DNA of 60,217 nt from a virus (taxonomy: Duplodnaviria; Caudoviricetes). The translations under genes were made by a program, and so were the position numbers. A model generated the notes under the pieces. It did not search any database, had not been told where the DNA came from, and was given only the letters and a program-made list of their open reading frames with translations. The DNA lies in IMG/VR virus record IMGVR_UViG_3300043427_000906, positions 1-60,217 of that record; one strand, given 5' to 3'. Of the stretch, positions 29,060 through 40,500 are shown piece after piece. Each line of letters opens with the position of its first letter. Positions within the stretch are counted from its first letter, which is position 1.

Positions 29060-32000
29060 ATGCCTGTAGTAAAAAAAATATTTACTGGGGGAATCAACTC
29101 GGATGATGCCTCATACTTGGTGGACCCAAAGGAATACCTTAACGCCGTCAACGCCAGATTTATTACATCTGAGAGTGGTGAGGTAGGTAAGGTTATGCCT
29201 GTTGAGGGTACCACACTAAAGGCACAGACTATAAATTCTATTGGTACTACTATACCTTTTGTACTTCCAGCTGGGACTAATCAGGTGATTGGCGCAGTCG
29301 AGGATGCTACAAAGAGGAGAGTAGTTTGGTTTGTTTGGAACAGCTTAGGTAGTCATGCTATCTACTGCTATGACGCTGATACAGATCGTGTGTATAGAGT
29401 ACTAGAAAATGCTGATGTTACTGGAGGTTTGAATTTTCTGAAAACTAAGTTCATACACTCGTGCTCTATCGTGTATGGTATTTTATATTGGACAGATAAC
29501 AATTCCCAGCCTAGAAGAATTAATATAGAGGCTGGTATTGTAACACATCATCCTACATTCGTAACTACTCAGTCATCATATACTACTCCGATGGATCAGA
29601 GCATTATTACTGTGATCCGTCCTCAGCCAGTCTACCCAATGACTGTTGCATATGTAGCTGATATAAATTTAAAACTTGTAACAGACGGTTTCCAGAGTGC
29701 TTATCGATTTGGTTATAGAGATAAAGAATATAGTACATTTTCTATGTTCTCTAGAGCATCTCTTCCAACAGTCGGGCTTAGTGTATTCACTGGATACCTT
29801 ACATTCACAATACCATTTTCGCAGAAAGTAGCACAAGATGTACAAATTATTGAAGCTGCTGTGAAGTTCCCGGGCAGTAAGATGTTTATACAGAAGAGAT
29901 GGGATAAGAGCAATGCTACAGATGCTGCTGCAATAATTGCACATAATGCTGGGACTACTGCATTATCATTCAGTTTTTACGCCGATTCTGTTGGTGAAGC
30001 CGTAGATGATGCTACTACTTTTAAGGCGTACGATGATGTTCCTATTGTAGCTGCAACTATGGATGTAGCTAATGATAGGTTATTCTTTGCAAACACAATT
30101 AATGGGTACCAAATGCCAAATGAGGTGCCCTTAGGTTTTGGTACAACTCTTGGCGCTGCATTACCCGTCCCGATTGACGGCGCTAGAGTTATGAAATCTG
30201 GGTCTACTTATAAGCTTGGTATAGTTTATTATGATGAATTTGGAAGAAGCTCTGGAGTTGTGGCTGGGCCTACACTTAGTGTACCATTTCATGGGGATCA
30301 AGGGCCTTGGTATGGTAATTCAAGCTGGTCTTTTTTAAATACTGGATCTGCTATACCTTTATGGGCTAAGTATTATTCTATAGTTAGAACTAAATCTAAG
30401 AAGTGCACAACATTCTTGCAATTCAGAGTACCTGAATTTAAGTATGTAACAAAGGATACTAGTGGTGCTTTTGTGTTTAACACAACTCCTCCTACAAATA
30501 CATCTGATATTTACGGGATTGGTTTGAGAGCATCAACACTTTATAATACTGGTTATGGATATAGTTTTACAGAAGGTGATCTAGCACAGGTTGCTGGCAC
30601 ATCTGCTACATATACACTAAATATACTTAATCAGTACTCTGATTTTATTATAGTAGAATATAATTCCAATTTAGGTACGCCTACACAGGCTGAAATATAT
30701 ACACCTGTTACTAATACAGCTGTAGAGTACTACTACGAGATTGGGCAGAAGTATGATGTTTTGAACCCCGGGACCCCATCAAGATCTTTCTCTACAATAA
30801 CAGGTCCTATTAATGGTGATGTTTACTTAAAAAGTAGAACATACGTCTTTGGTGCAACTCCTGTTACTAAATATTACGAGGTAATGAATATGGTGGATCA
30901 GAACTGGCAGAGCTGGTATACTGATGCTGGCAGGGGATTGACTGAGATATTTACAAAAATAGAAAGACAACCCACTAATATTTGTTTCAGCGCCCCATTT
31001 ACTATTGGAGTTAATGGGCTTAGCTCTTTTAATTCATTAGATGCTAATATTCTACCTAACGAATTAGATTCTATACAGAAGATTATTAATACATCAAAAG
31101 TAGAATCTCAAGGTGGTGTACTTCTTATAATTGGAGAACAAGAGACTGCCTCACAGTATGTAGGTGAGTCTCAATTGTTTGATAACACTGGGTCATCGTT
31201 TATAGCAAAGAGCTCTGGTGTACTAGGCAACATTAATATGTTGAAAGGGTCATATGGTACATTGCACCCAGAGAGTGTATTTGGTTTTGGTGAAGAGGTG
31301 GTGTTCTTTGATGTCAATAAAGGTAGTGTCGTTAGATATAGCTCAAATGGATTAACCCCAATCTCTGACAATAAGATGCGCAAGTACTGGAGAAATGTGG
31401 GTCAGGATATTATAGGATACTATAAAGATCCTACTGTACACAACCAGATGAACCCAGACAGTCCTATGAAGGTATTGGGTATGGTTGACCCGTTTAATAA
31501 TGAGTATCTGATGTACACACCTAATATGAGTACAACCTCTAAGGCTGGGTATATTCAGGACGTTACCAATATATGTACTGTATATACTTATGAATTCCCT
31601 CTAGGAGCTACTAGTATGCTGTACACACTCCCGCTAGTTCCCGGTACAATGTATTACTTTGACACACTTTGGAGAGAGACTGTAGTTACATATAACGGGC
31701 AGAATCTTTTTGATAACCCATACTTTATTGCGGTACCCGGAGTAACTCAGATACTAATATCTTCAAATACTCAATTCGGAGGAGAATTCACTCTATGTGA
31801 TGTAATGAAGTCGTACTACGATACATATGACGGGAATGGTGGTGTGGTTAGCTTTAGTGCTGATATAGACAAGTGGGTTACCAAGTATAGCTATACACCT
31901 GAGTGGATGTGCAATATAATTAACAGGCTGGCGTCATTTAAGAACGGGAATCTTTATATACATAACGGAGCGTATAACTCATTTTACGGTAGCGCCGCTG

Positions 32001-32359
32001 ATACTATTATGGTTGGTATGCATAATGATAATGGTAATAATATCAAGGTATACGATAGCGTGGCGATTGAGGGTGATGCTCCAAGAATGATCCATTTCAG
32101 AACAGAAGATCCTAATGTGCAGAGTACCAACATGTTATCTAATGAGTTTGTTAACAAGGAGGGTGTGAAGTATTCCCCTATCCTTAGGGACAGGCTTAGC
32201 CCTAACACGACAGGTACCTATGATCAGAAGATGTGGAAGGGTGATAAGCTACGTGGGGAGGTTTGTAAGTTCACGGTTATCTACAGCCCTGCCGGTAGCG
32301 CCAAAGAGCTTGAGTTTGTTAACATCGGATTCAATGGTAGTAATGGACAAACTGTGTAA
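29060..32359 (+). CDS. Tail stabilisation (muzzle) protein
   Basis: FTGGINSD..LV..EYLNAVN; LYWTDN..PRRIN; YKLGIVYYDEFGRSS; YG.LHPES. Confidence 0.8.
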   Translation: MPVVKKIFTGGINSDDASYLVDPKEYLNAVNARFITSESGEVGKVMPVEGTTLKAQTINSIGTTIPFVLPAGTNQVIGAVEDATKRRVVWFVWNSLGSHAIYCYDADTDRVYRVLENADVTGGLNFLKTKFIHSCSIVYGILYWTDNNSQPRRINIEAGIVTHHPTFVTTQSSYTTPMDQSIITVIRPQPVYPMTVAYVADINLKLVTDGFQSAYRFGYRDKEYSTFSMFSRASLPTVGLSVFTGYLTFTIPFSQKVAQDVQIIEAAVKFPGSKMFIQKRWDKSNATDAAAIIAHNAGTTALSFSFYADSVGEAVDDATTFKAYDDVPIVAATMDVANDRLFFANTINGYQMPNEVPLGFGTTLGAALPVPIDGARVMKSGSTYKLGIVYYDEFGRSSGVVAGPTLSVPFHGDQGPWYGNSSWSFLNTGSAIPLWAKYYSIVRTKSKKCTTFLQFRVPEFKYVTKDTSGAFVFNTTPPTNTSDIYGIGLRASTLYNTGYGYSFTEGDLAQVAGTSATYTLNILNQYSDFIIVEYNSNLGTPTQAEIYTPVTNTAVEYYYEIGQKYDVLNPGTPSRSFSTITGPINGDVYLKSRTYVFGATPVTKYYEVMNMVDQNWQSWYTDAGRGLTEIFTKIERQPTNICFSAPFTIGVNGLSSFNSLDANILPNELDSIQKIINTSKVESQGGVLLIIGEQETASQYVGESQLFDNTGSSFIAKSSGVLGNINMLKGSYGTLHPESVFGFGEEVVFFDVNKGSVVRYSSNGLTPISDNKMRKYWRNVGQDIIGYYKDPTVHNQMNPDSPMKVLGMVDPFNNEYLMYTPNMSTTSKAGYIQDVTNICTVYTYEFPLGATSMLYTLPLVPGTMYYFDTLWRETVVTYNGQNLFDNPYFIAVPGVTQILISSNTQFGGEFTLCDVMKSYYDTYDGNGGVVSFSADIDKWVTKYSYTPEWMCNIINRLASFKNGNLYIHNGAYNSFYGSAADTIMVGMHNDNGNNIKVYDSVAIEGDAPRMIHFRTEDPNVQSTNMLSNEFVNKEGVKYSPILRDRLSPNTTGTYDQKMWKGDKLRGEVCKFTVIYSPAGSAKELEFVNIGFNGSNGQTV

Positions 32360-32422
32360 AAATATATACTGGTTTATCAATTAAGTTACAATATATTAAC
32401 GAAATTTGCAAATACTTAGATT

Positions 32423-33136
32423 ATGGCTGGAGAAGGAAATTTATTAAGTAAAGTTGCTGGCGTAGCTGGCCCTTTAGGATTAGCTGTTGGCGCAGCTCAA
32501 GGCATCTTTGGAATATTCCAAGGTGCTAAGATGTTAAAAGAAGCCAAGAAGATTAAGCCTGTTTGGGAGCAATATAAGACTAGCCCATATGCGTCGGCTG
32601 CTTTAGGTTTAGCTCAGACAAGTATGGGTGCTAGGAACCCAGCTAGGGCAGCAATGGAAAGGCAGATGCTTGCCACTCAAGCCAATATTTTAGCCTCTGG
32701 TCAAAGAGCTGGTTTGACTCCAACTCAACAAGCACAGCTGGCCCTTTCATCTCAAGGACAAATTGAGCAGGGAATAGAAAATCTTGGCACCATGGATATG
32801 GCTTTTAGACAGCAGAATAGAGCTGAGCTGAATAGAGCATTAGATGCTATGACAGGTGAAGAGCGTATGAAGTTCCAGTCTATGGCTATGAAGTATCAGA
32901 TGGACCAAGATCAAAAAAATGCTCTTAGAAGTGCTGGTATCCAGAATATATTTGGTGCTATTGGGCGTATTGGTGCAACAGCATACGGTGCTTCTAGACT
33001 TGGTGGTGGTGCACCGGGTGCGATGGGTGCGGGTGCTACTCAAGGTGGTGGTATTTCTCAAGGTATTGGTTTTGGAGACTTTATGAATTCTGTTCAAGGG
33101 GCAAACTCTGGAAGGCCAAGCCCTTGGGGTAATTAA
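32423..33136 (+). CDS. Internal virion/ejection (pilot-like) protein
   Basis: Gly/Ala-rich hydrophobic ends with central Gln-rich coil; position. Confidence 0.6.
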   Translation: MAGEGNLLSKVAGVAGPLGLAVGAAQGIFGIFQGAKMLKEAKKIKPVWEQYKTSPYASAALGLAQTSMGARNPARAAMERQMLATQANILASGQRAGLTPTQQAQLALSSQGQIEQGIENLGTMDMAFRQQNRAELNRALDAMTGEERMKFQSMAMKYQMDQDQKNALRSAGIQNIFGAIGRIGATAYGASRLGGGAPGAMGAGATQGGGISQGIGFGDFMNSVQGANSGRPSPWGN

Positions 33137-33145
33137 ATAAAATAA

Positions 33146-34573
33146 ATGGCAGACATAAGACCCATACAGTTCGAAACAGAATCACTCCAGATGCTATCAG
33201 CTCTTGGTGACATTCAAGAGAAGAGAGAGATTCTTGAGCGCCAGAGAATGCAGGAGGAGATCCGCCAGAAGCGTGAGCTAATGGGTATGATAGACCCTAT
33301 TACTCTTAGTAAGAACTTAGAGTCTGAAGTGGTTAACGCAAGAATGAGTGAGCTTAGAAATGGCATTGCTTCATTTATAAAGAATAATCCTAACCAAAGT
33401 AGCGATGAACTTAGGTATGAAATACAGAGACAGTTAGGTGAGCTTGTACAGTGGAATGCTAAGGTTAAGACAATCAAGACAAATATTGATGAGTCTATGA
33501 AGGCGATGCCACAAGATAAGACTGTTAACAAGTCTGCTTGGCGTAGTGCTGCTATATCTAAAGCTTTATATAATCCAAATACTGGTACATTAAAAAATCT
33601 TAATGAGTTAGATGATCAGTATGATTTTGTTTCTGACGTTTGGAATAATAATGGCGATGTGCTGGTGAATATGGATGAGGTTGGTGTTGAATTGAAAAAG
33701 AGGATTAAAGAGCAGCCAATGGTAAAAATGGACGTAACGGTTACTAAGCCAGTTGGTAAAGTTAAAAAGACTGTACAAGAAAGAATAGAGATTCCATCAT
33801 TTGCAACTTGGGATTCTACTAATAATAAGATTGTATTAAAGACTGATAAGAACGGTAATCTAGACCAGAATGTATATACTGATTTTATTGGTCAGACCGG
33901 ATCTGCTAATGATAAACTAGTTGGTAGAAAAGCAAAAGATTTGATTCTATCAGGCAACGCTGGTGTTAAGCCAGAGGAAGTACTCAACCCGGATGGCTCT
34001 GTGAAGGATGAAGATTTGTTCCTTAATGCAAAGAAGAAGTGGTTGGGTAATTATCTATACAATAATTCGCCAATTACTCAGATAGAGAAAGACATTACTC
34101 AGCCAATAAATATTACTATTGGAGATAAATCTGCTACCGGCCAAGAGGCTAAGCCATATCATCCAACTACAATTGTACAGGGTATTATAGAAAATAGAGG
34201 TGGTTTTAGGGGCGCGCCAGTAAAAGCTGCAGGGCTGGATCTGGTTGATGTTACCGACGCATTTAGCTCGTATAAACCTTTCAAGGTTGGCAGCTATCAG
34301 CAATCATACAAGAGGGTGTTATATTCTCCTGAGAAGAATAGATTCTATTATAGCCCATCAGCTACTGGTAAATTAACTGGTCAGTCTCCTGATCAATTCC
34401 AGTCTTCTATTATTCAGTCTGCACCTGATATTGGATTCAAAGCAGACCCAGAAATATTTAAAACATTACCTCCAGCCTCTCAGCCAGCAAAGACCATAAC
34501 TGCTGATGAGTTTAGAAAAATGAGCATTCAGCAGAGAACAGAGTTTATTAATAGTGGCGGAGTTGTAAAATAA
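33146..34573 (+). CDS. Internal virion/ejection protein
   Basis: Position between pilot-like and giant protein. Confidence 0.55.
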   Translation: MADIRPIQFETESLQMLSALGDIQEKREILERQRMQEEIRQKRELMGMIDPITLSKNLESEVVNARMSELRNGIASFIKNNPNQSSDELRYEIQRQLGELVQWNAKVKTIKTNIDESMKAMPQDKTVNKSAWRSAAISKALYNPNTGTLKNLNELDDQYDFVSDVWNNNGDVLVNMDEVGVELKKRIKEQPMVKMDVTVTKPVGKVKKTVQERIEIPSFATWDSTNNKIVLKTDKNGNLDQNVYTDFIGQTGSANDKLVGRKAKDLILSGNAGVKPEEVLNPDGSVKDEDLFLNAKKKWLGNYLYNNSPITQIEKDITQPINITIGDKSATGQEAKPYHPTTIVQGIIENRGGFRGAPVKAAGLDLVDVTDAFSSYKPFKVGSYQQSYKRVLYSPEKNRFYYSPSATGKLTGQSPDQFQSSIIQSAPDIGFKADPEIFKTLPPASQPAKTITADEFRKMSIQQRTEFINSGGVVK

Positions 34574-34579
34574 TAACCA

Positions 34580-37500
34580 ATGCCAGATCCAATTAAAAGT
34601 TTATTCGAAGCCATGAAGTCTAAGAAGCTATTCTTAGATGAGGCAGATTTTAAATCTCAGTTAAGCAAAGATCCTCAAGGGGTTTTTAATGCAGTGTCTG
34701 ACAGCAAGCTGTTCATTGACTTCAATGACTTTGAAAATACATTAGGCTTAAAAAAAAAAGAGCCTTCGCCTTTTATTGGTCCAAGTTCTACTCAATCGTT
34801 TGTAGACCTACCTTGGAATACATCCATAAAGCAGCCCATTGTTTCCCAATCACAATCACTATTACCATCGGTAAAAAGTAAGTCGATTGAAAGGATAGAA
34901 TCCTTCAGTGCCGACACTAACGATTTCTTTAAAGCATTTCAAGAAGATCCTAAGAAGTTTACTGACTGGGCTTCTACTGCATTCCCTACTATTAGCTATG
35001 ATGAGATTAAGAAGTCTAAGGGTGAAGCTGATAAAAGCTTTGTTGACGATGCGTTTATCTTCAGAGTAAGTAAGGCGTATGAGGATAAGAAGAATGACAT
35101 CATACTTCAGAACTCAAGAACGCAAAGAAAAAATATTGAGGGTACATTACAGGGTAATCTAACAGAGCTATCTAAGGTTGCTGGTAAGGATATACAAATC
35201 CCTACCACTATTGAGCAGGCTCAGCAATTAATACAGGAGCTTAAGCCTAGACCAATTACAGACCCTGTTACTAAACCTGCTGTTGATCAGTACAATAAAA
35301 CATTAGATGGATTAAAGGGTAACATAACTGGTAATTTAAATGCCGTTATAGGATCTATTGTGCTTAGAGATATGAGTGCTAGGAATCCTAATGTTACTCC
35401 TATAGAGATAGGACGTGAAGTTATGAAACTCACGAACCCCGAGCTTTTCAAACAATATGAAGCTGCTGGTGGAGGTAAGCCTTATGGTGGATGGGGTGGA
35501 ATTAGTGTAAGAGAAACGCCATTATACGCTGATGATATTAATCGTCAGATGACACAGATAGGCGGTGAGATCATGAAGATGTATGGTAATAAGACAGCTA
35601 TTGAAAGAGCTAATCTTGAGGAGAAGGTATTACAAAATAAATTTACATACGGAGAACAAGAGCGCGTAAAGAATAAGATTGCTTCTGCATTATATCAAAA
35701 GGGCGTCAAGCCTACTTCTGCTAGTCAAGATCAGATTAATCAGATTGTTGAATCGTTACCAGAAGAGGATAAGAGCTTTTGGAAGCAGGCGCAAGAAGAT
35801 AATAATGTTAAGTTGCCATCAAGTGGATTTGGATATTCATTAAAGAATGGATACTCAGGGGTTGTTACAGATGCTGTGAAGACATTACTAACTCCATTAA
35901 TACCAAATAAAACAAGAGAGCAGGCATTAGAGAATTTAAAATCAATGTCATCATCTGATGTTGTTGGTGAGAATCCTCAAGAGGTTTCAAGATTTGAGGC
36001 TCTTAATAAAAAGAAAGCTGATGGTGTAATTACAGCACAAGAGACTACTGAACTTGAAGATTTGAAAGGACGTGTTCGCGTAAGAACTGGTCTAGAAAAA
36101 ATATTAGATTTTGCTGGTGGTGGTGTAGGACAGATTGTTGGACTTGGCACTATCTCTGCTTTTACTGGTGGATTATCTCAAGCTAGAACAGTAGGTGGTG
36201 CGCTAAAGTCTTTAGCATTCCCTTCAGGTGGATCAAAAGGTATCAGTGCTGCTGCTTATTTAATGGCTAATGAGGGCAACCAAAAGGAAGCAATAAGACT
36301 ATTCCCAGACAGCGATGTAAAGCAAGCCGTTGCTTCGACTGCATTCAATGCAATTGATATGCTTGTTGAACGCCTGTTCCCGGAAGAACAAGTCCTTACA
36401 AGAACAATTAAGAATGACGTTGTTGGTCAATTGTCTAAAATATCTAGAGATAAGATTAGCGAACAGCTTGTAGATAATGTTGCAAAGCAAGCGGCAAGAA
36501 CTATCGTTAGATCTGGTAAGGAATTATTAAAGGCGCCTTTGCAAGAAACTGCGGAAGAGGAAATAGCTATGGTATTAAAGGATGCTATTGTTCAGCCTAT
36601 CCTTAATCCAGAGTTTTCTAAAGAAGGAGTAACACTTAAGAAGATTATTGAGACAGGAGAGCAAGCTTTCTGGGGTGCTGCATTACTTGGTGCGCCGAAA
36701 GGATTAATGGCGCTAAGAGATACACGCGTACCTATCGAGACAATATGGAATACAGTATCTAGCCCTACAGAGTTTATTAATATTAGTAACACCATCAATA
36801 AGATGGAGAAAGCGGGTGATATTACTGCAGAAGACGCGCAGGAAAAGAGAACAATTATTGCACAAGGTATTAAAGAATACAATAGTAATCCAGTGGTCAC
36901 TGGACAGGTTGGTAAGCTATCATTAAAAGAAAGACAGAATTACTTTGCACGTTTGATGCATGAGAAGACTCTGGAAAATCAGATGAACTCAACAACAGAT
37001 GACAATGTAAAAGCTGATCTACAATCTAAGATAAATGATAGCAAGGCACAGAGAGAAAAGATATTTAAGAATCAAGTAACTGTAAACGAGGATAATAGAG
37101 AGATGCCTGCTGGTATGACAGAAGAGGCATTCAACATAAAGGAAAGATTAAAGACGACACAGGGATTAACTGATGCTGATTTTGTGGCCGAGCCATTTAC
37201 TACTGAAGAGGATGCGGCAGATCGTGAGGCATTACCTCAATCTCAATTCGGAACAGAAGCTGATTTAGAAAACACGTTGAAGACTGGGCAGTTTGCTATG
37301 CTTACTGGTATGAATCCTAGTGCACAACCGATCAGTAAGGCTGGTAATAAGAAGCTTAACGAGAGAGCTAAGCAATGGTTAATAGATAAAGGGTTTAAAC
37401 CTATAGAGATATTTGGTAAGTATGATAACTCTGAGCGTTCATTCTTTGTTCCTGATATGACTAGAGAACAGGCGATTGAATTTGCTAAAGAGTTTGGGCA

Positions 37501-40500
37501 GGAGGCTGTGGCACATAGCAGTGGAATGGTTTATCAAGATGGATCATTTAACCCCCGAACTGGCGTGGTTGAGGTAGCCCCTAGCTTTGGTCAGGAAGGC
37601 GCCAACTATTTCTCAAGTATTAATATCGGAGGTAAGCCAGTTGATTTTAAAGTTGATTACGATACCAATAAAAGATATTCAGCTGATGGCAAATTAATTC
37701 AAGGTCAGCCTACAGATGTTGAGCAAAGATTATCTGATACAATGGGTGATGCTGAGTTTATGGATAAGGTTGCAGCTGCACAGAAGTCATTAGAGAAGAC
37801 TGGTGTATCTATTAATGTAATAGATAATGCCGATGAGTATGATAGAATAACTGGAGAGGTCGGGGGACAAAAGGGGACTGAAGGTATCTTCGTATCTGAT
37901 GATGGAAAGATTTATATCAACAAAGCAAAATTAGAAAAAGGAATTACAGACGGGTTAGTTGTGTGGCATGAGGCCGCACACCCTGTAGTTAATATCGTAA
38001 GAAATACTAACAGATCTTTATTTGATAGTGTAGTTAATGGTGTAAAAGAATTAGCTAAGACAAATAAGGATGTCGCTGATGCGCTTGCTTGGGCAGAGAA
38101 AGAATACCAAGGACAAGAGACAGTAAATGATGAGGCTGTGGTAGAAGTAATCGCCAGAGTAGCTGATGGTATTATTGATTTGAATCAGGTACCTACTGGA
38201 TTCAAGCAGTCATTGATTGATTTGATTAATAAGATGGCTAAGGCTTTAGGTCTTGGTCAGATCGTAAATGATACAGATGTTGCTGCGATTAAGAAACTTG
38301 CAGGCGATGTAGCCAATTCACTTACAACTGGTAGAGATATATCAGAAGTAGTAGGCGCCGAGAATGTAAAAGAATACAACGCAAGTATACCAGATACTAA
38401 ACAGGCGTTTAACAACAAAAATGTACAAGCTAGATTTTCTACAGATTATTTTGAAGACTCAAATGACTTTACTAAGCTTGAAGAAGATGGGTTTATTGTA
38501 CATAACTCAAACATTAATGACTTCAATGGAGAGACTGTAGTAATACACAATCCAGATAGTTTTGCTTCTGGTAATATAAAGTTTAGAGATAAAGACTTGG
38601 TTAAAGGTGAAGGTGGTGTATACTTTGTTCTAATGTTTGGTGATGTATGGGCTTCTAGTAAGGCAGAAACCGCTAATCAGATGGCTGGTCTTATTAATAC
38701 TTCATTAAAAGAGTCTACTGATGGTAAGGCGAGAGTTGTTCTTGTAAAGGGAGATCCCAGTAAAAATCTTACTAGTGTAAAAGGGGCTAAGGCTTTGATG
38801 GGCGTTATGGAGATATTAGCTGATGATGGATTAATACCTCTGTCAGCTTTCCGTAAAGCATTAACTGCGGCTGGTAAGAAGTATGGTGTAGAGTTTGATG
38901 GAAGAAGTGATGCTAAATCTATACACAAAGACATTCAAGATAAGTTCATGAATGTATCTAACTCTTCATTCGAAAAAAGAGGAGATTTTGTAAAAGATGT
39001 AATTGACGAGATTGCAAAGCAGGATGTATTATCTAAAGATGATATTGCCAAGATAGCTGAGTCTATCGGAGCCAAACGTAAGATGACTAAATTTTCTAAG
39101 GCTAGTATTATAGATTCAGTTTCATTTGCTACTACAGAAAGAATGCTTCGAGATGTACCTAACTCACATGCCTATGCGGTAATCGAAACATCTTCTCCTG
39201 TAACTATTAAAGAAGATGGTAGACACGAGTCTTATCCTTGGCATATTGTTACCGAGGATGGAAGCAGGCCAAAGATTTATATATTAAATGAAAGACCTTA
39301 CTTTAATGATGCATTTATTGCAGCAAAGAATACAGAGAAGGTTAAGGCTGGTGAAAGATTTGAAGATGTTTCTCGCGCTGGTCTTGCGCAGCGTGGTATG
39401 GGGCTTGCTAAGATTGACATGCGTGAGCCATCTAAAGTACAAGCTTCAAAAGGCGGCCGCAATCTAGTTGCTGATGCTGGGCTAAATAAAGAAATGACCA
39501 GTGACGATCAAGGTAATTATGTTTTCTATCACTATTCTGGTTCTAAGATTAAATCTATTGATCCTAAAAAGTTTGGTAAGAACTTAGCTACTGGGAAGGA
39601 CGAGCGTCCCGGTGTTGGCATCTCTATGTATTACACCAGACCTGATATTAAAGAGGCTAATGTGCCATCTGAGTTTGGGTATGTAGTACGTATCCCAGAA
39701 AATCAAGTATATCCTTTTAATGAGGACCCGCTAGATTTATTACCAGAAGCAGAGAAACAATTTAAAAAGCAATACCCCGGACAGGCTTTTGATTTTAATA
39801 AGCAGGTAGGGTTTGTTACCAAGGTTGCGGCAGATCGGGGGTACCCAATGACCGTAGCTGAATGGAATATTAAGGGACGTAAGGTATTAAGAGCACAGAC
39901 TACTGAGGCAATCAAGCCTGAGGTTTATCAAGAGAAGGTATTCCAAGATGGATATCAGGTTACTAAGACTACTTCCGAACTGGAATTTAAGCCTAACGCT
40001 AAGCGCAGACAAGCTTCTGTTGGTGGAAGAGACTTAGATCAAAGACTAAAGAACTTCGTTGATGGTGAAAGAGCTAAAGGTACCAGTGACGCCGACATTG
40101 AGCGTGCTATTAGAAATAGATTCCCTCTTATTGATCAGCAGAGAATGAACACAATCATGGGAATGCCAACAGTTGCTGAGCCTACTCCAGAAGAGAAGCT
40201 TGCAACAGTGGTACAACCAGAGGGTGAGGAAAGAACAAGAGGAATGGAGAAAAGGTTTGGTGATCTGGATGAGGACACAGCAAGAAAGATTGAAGACGAA
40301 GCAAAGACATATTTTGCACAGACTAATAAGCAGACAGAGAAGGCGGCTGAAGAGTTTATGAAGGGTAAGCCAGTTGAATATATGGCTGATTATGTGGTAT
40401 CTAATCCTAATATACCCGGAGCTGTCAATGTTTGGATGGCGGCTACTACTGCTAAGAACTTAGGCAAGGAGATAGAGGCGGCTAAGAAAGCTGGAGATAT

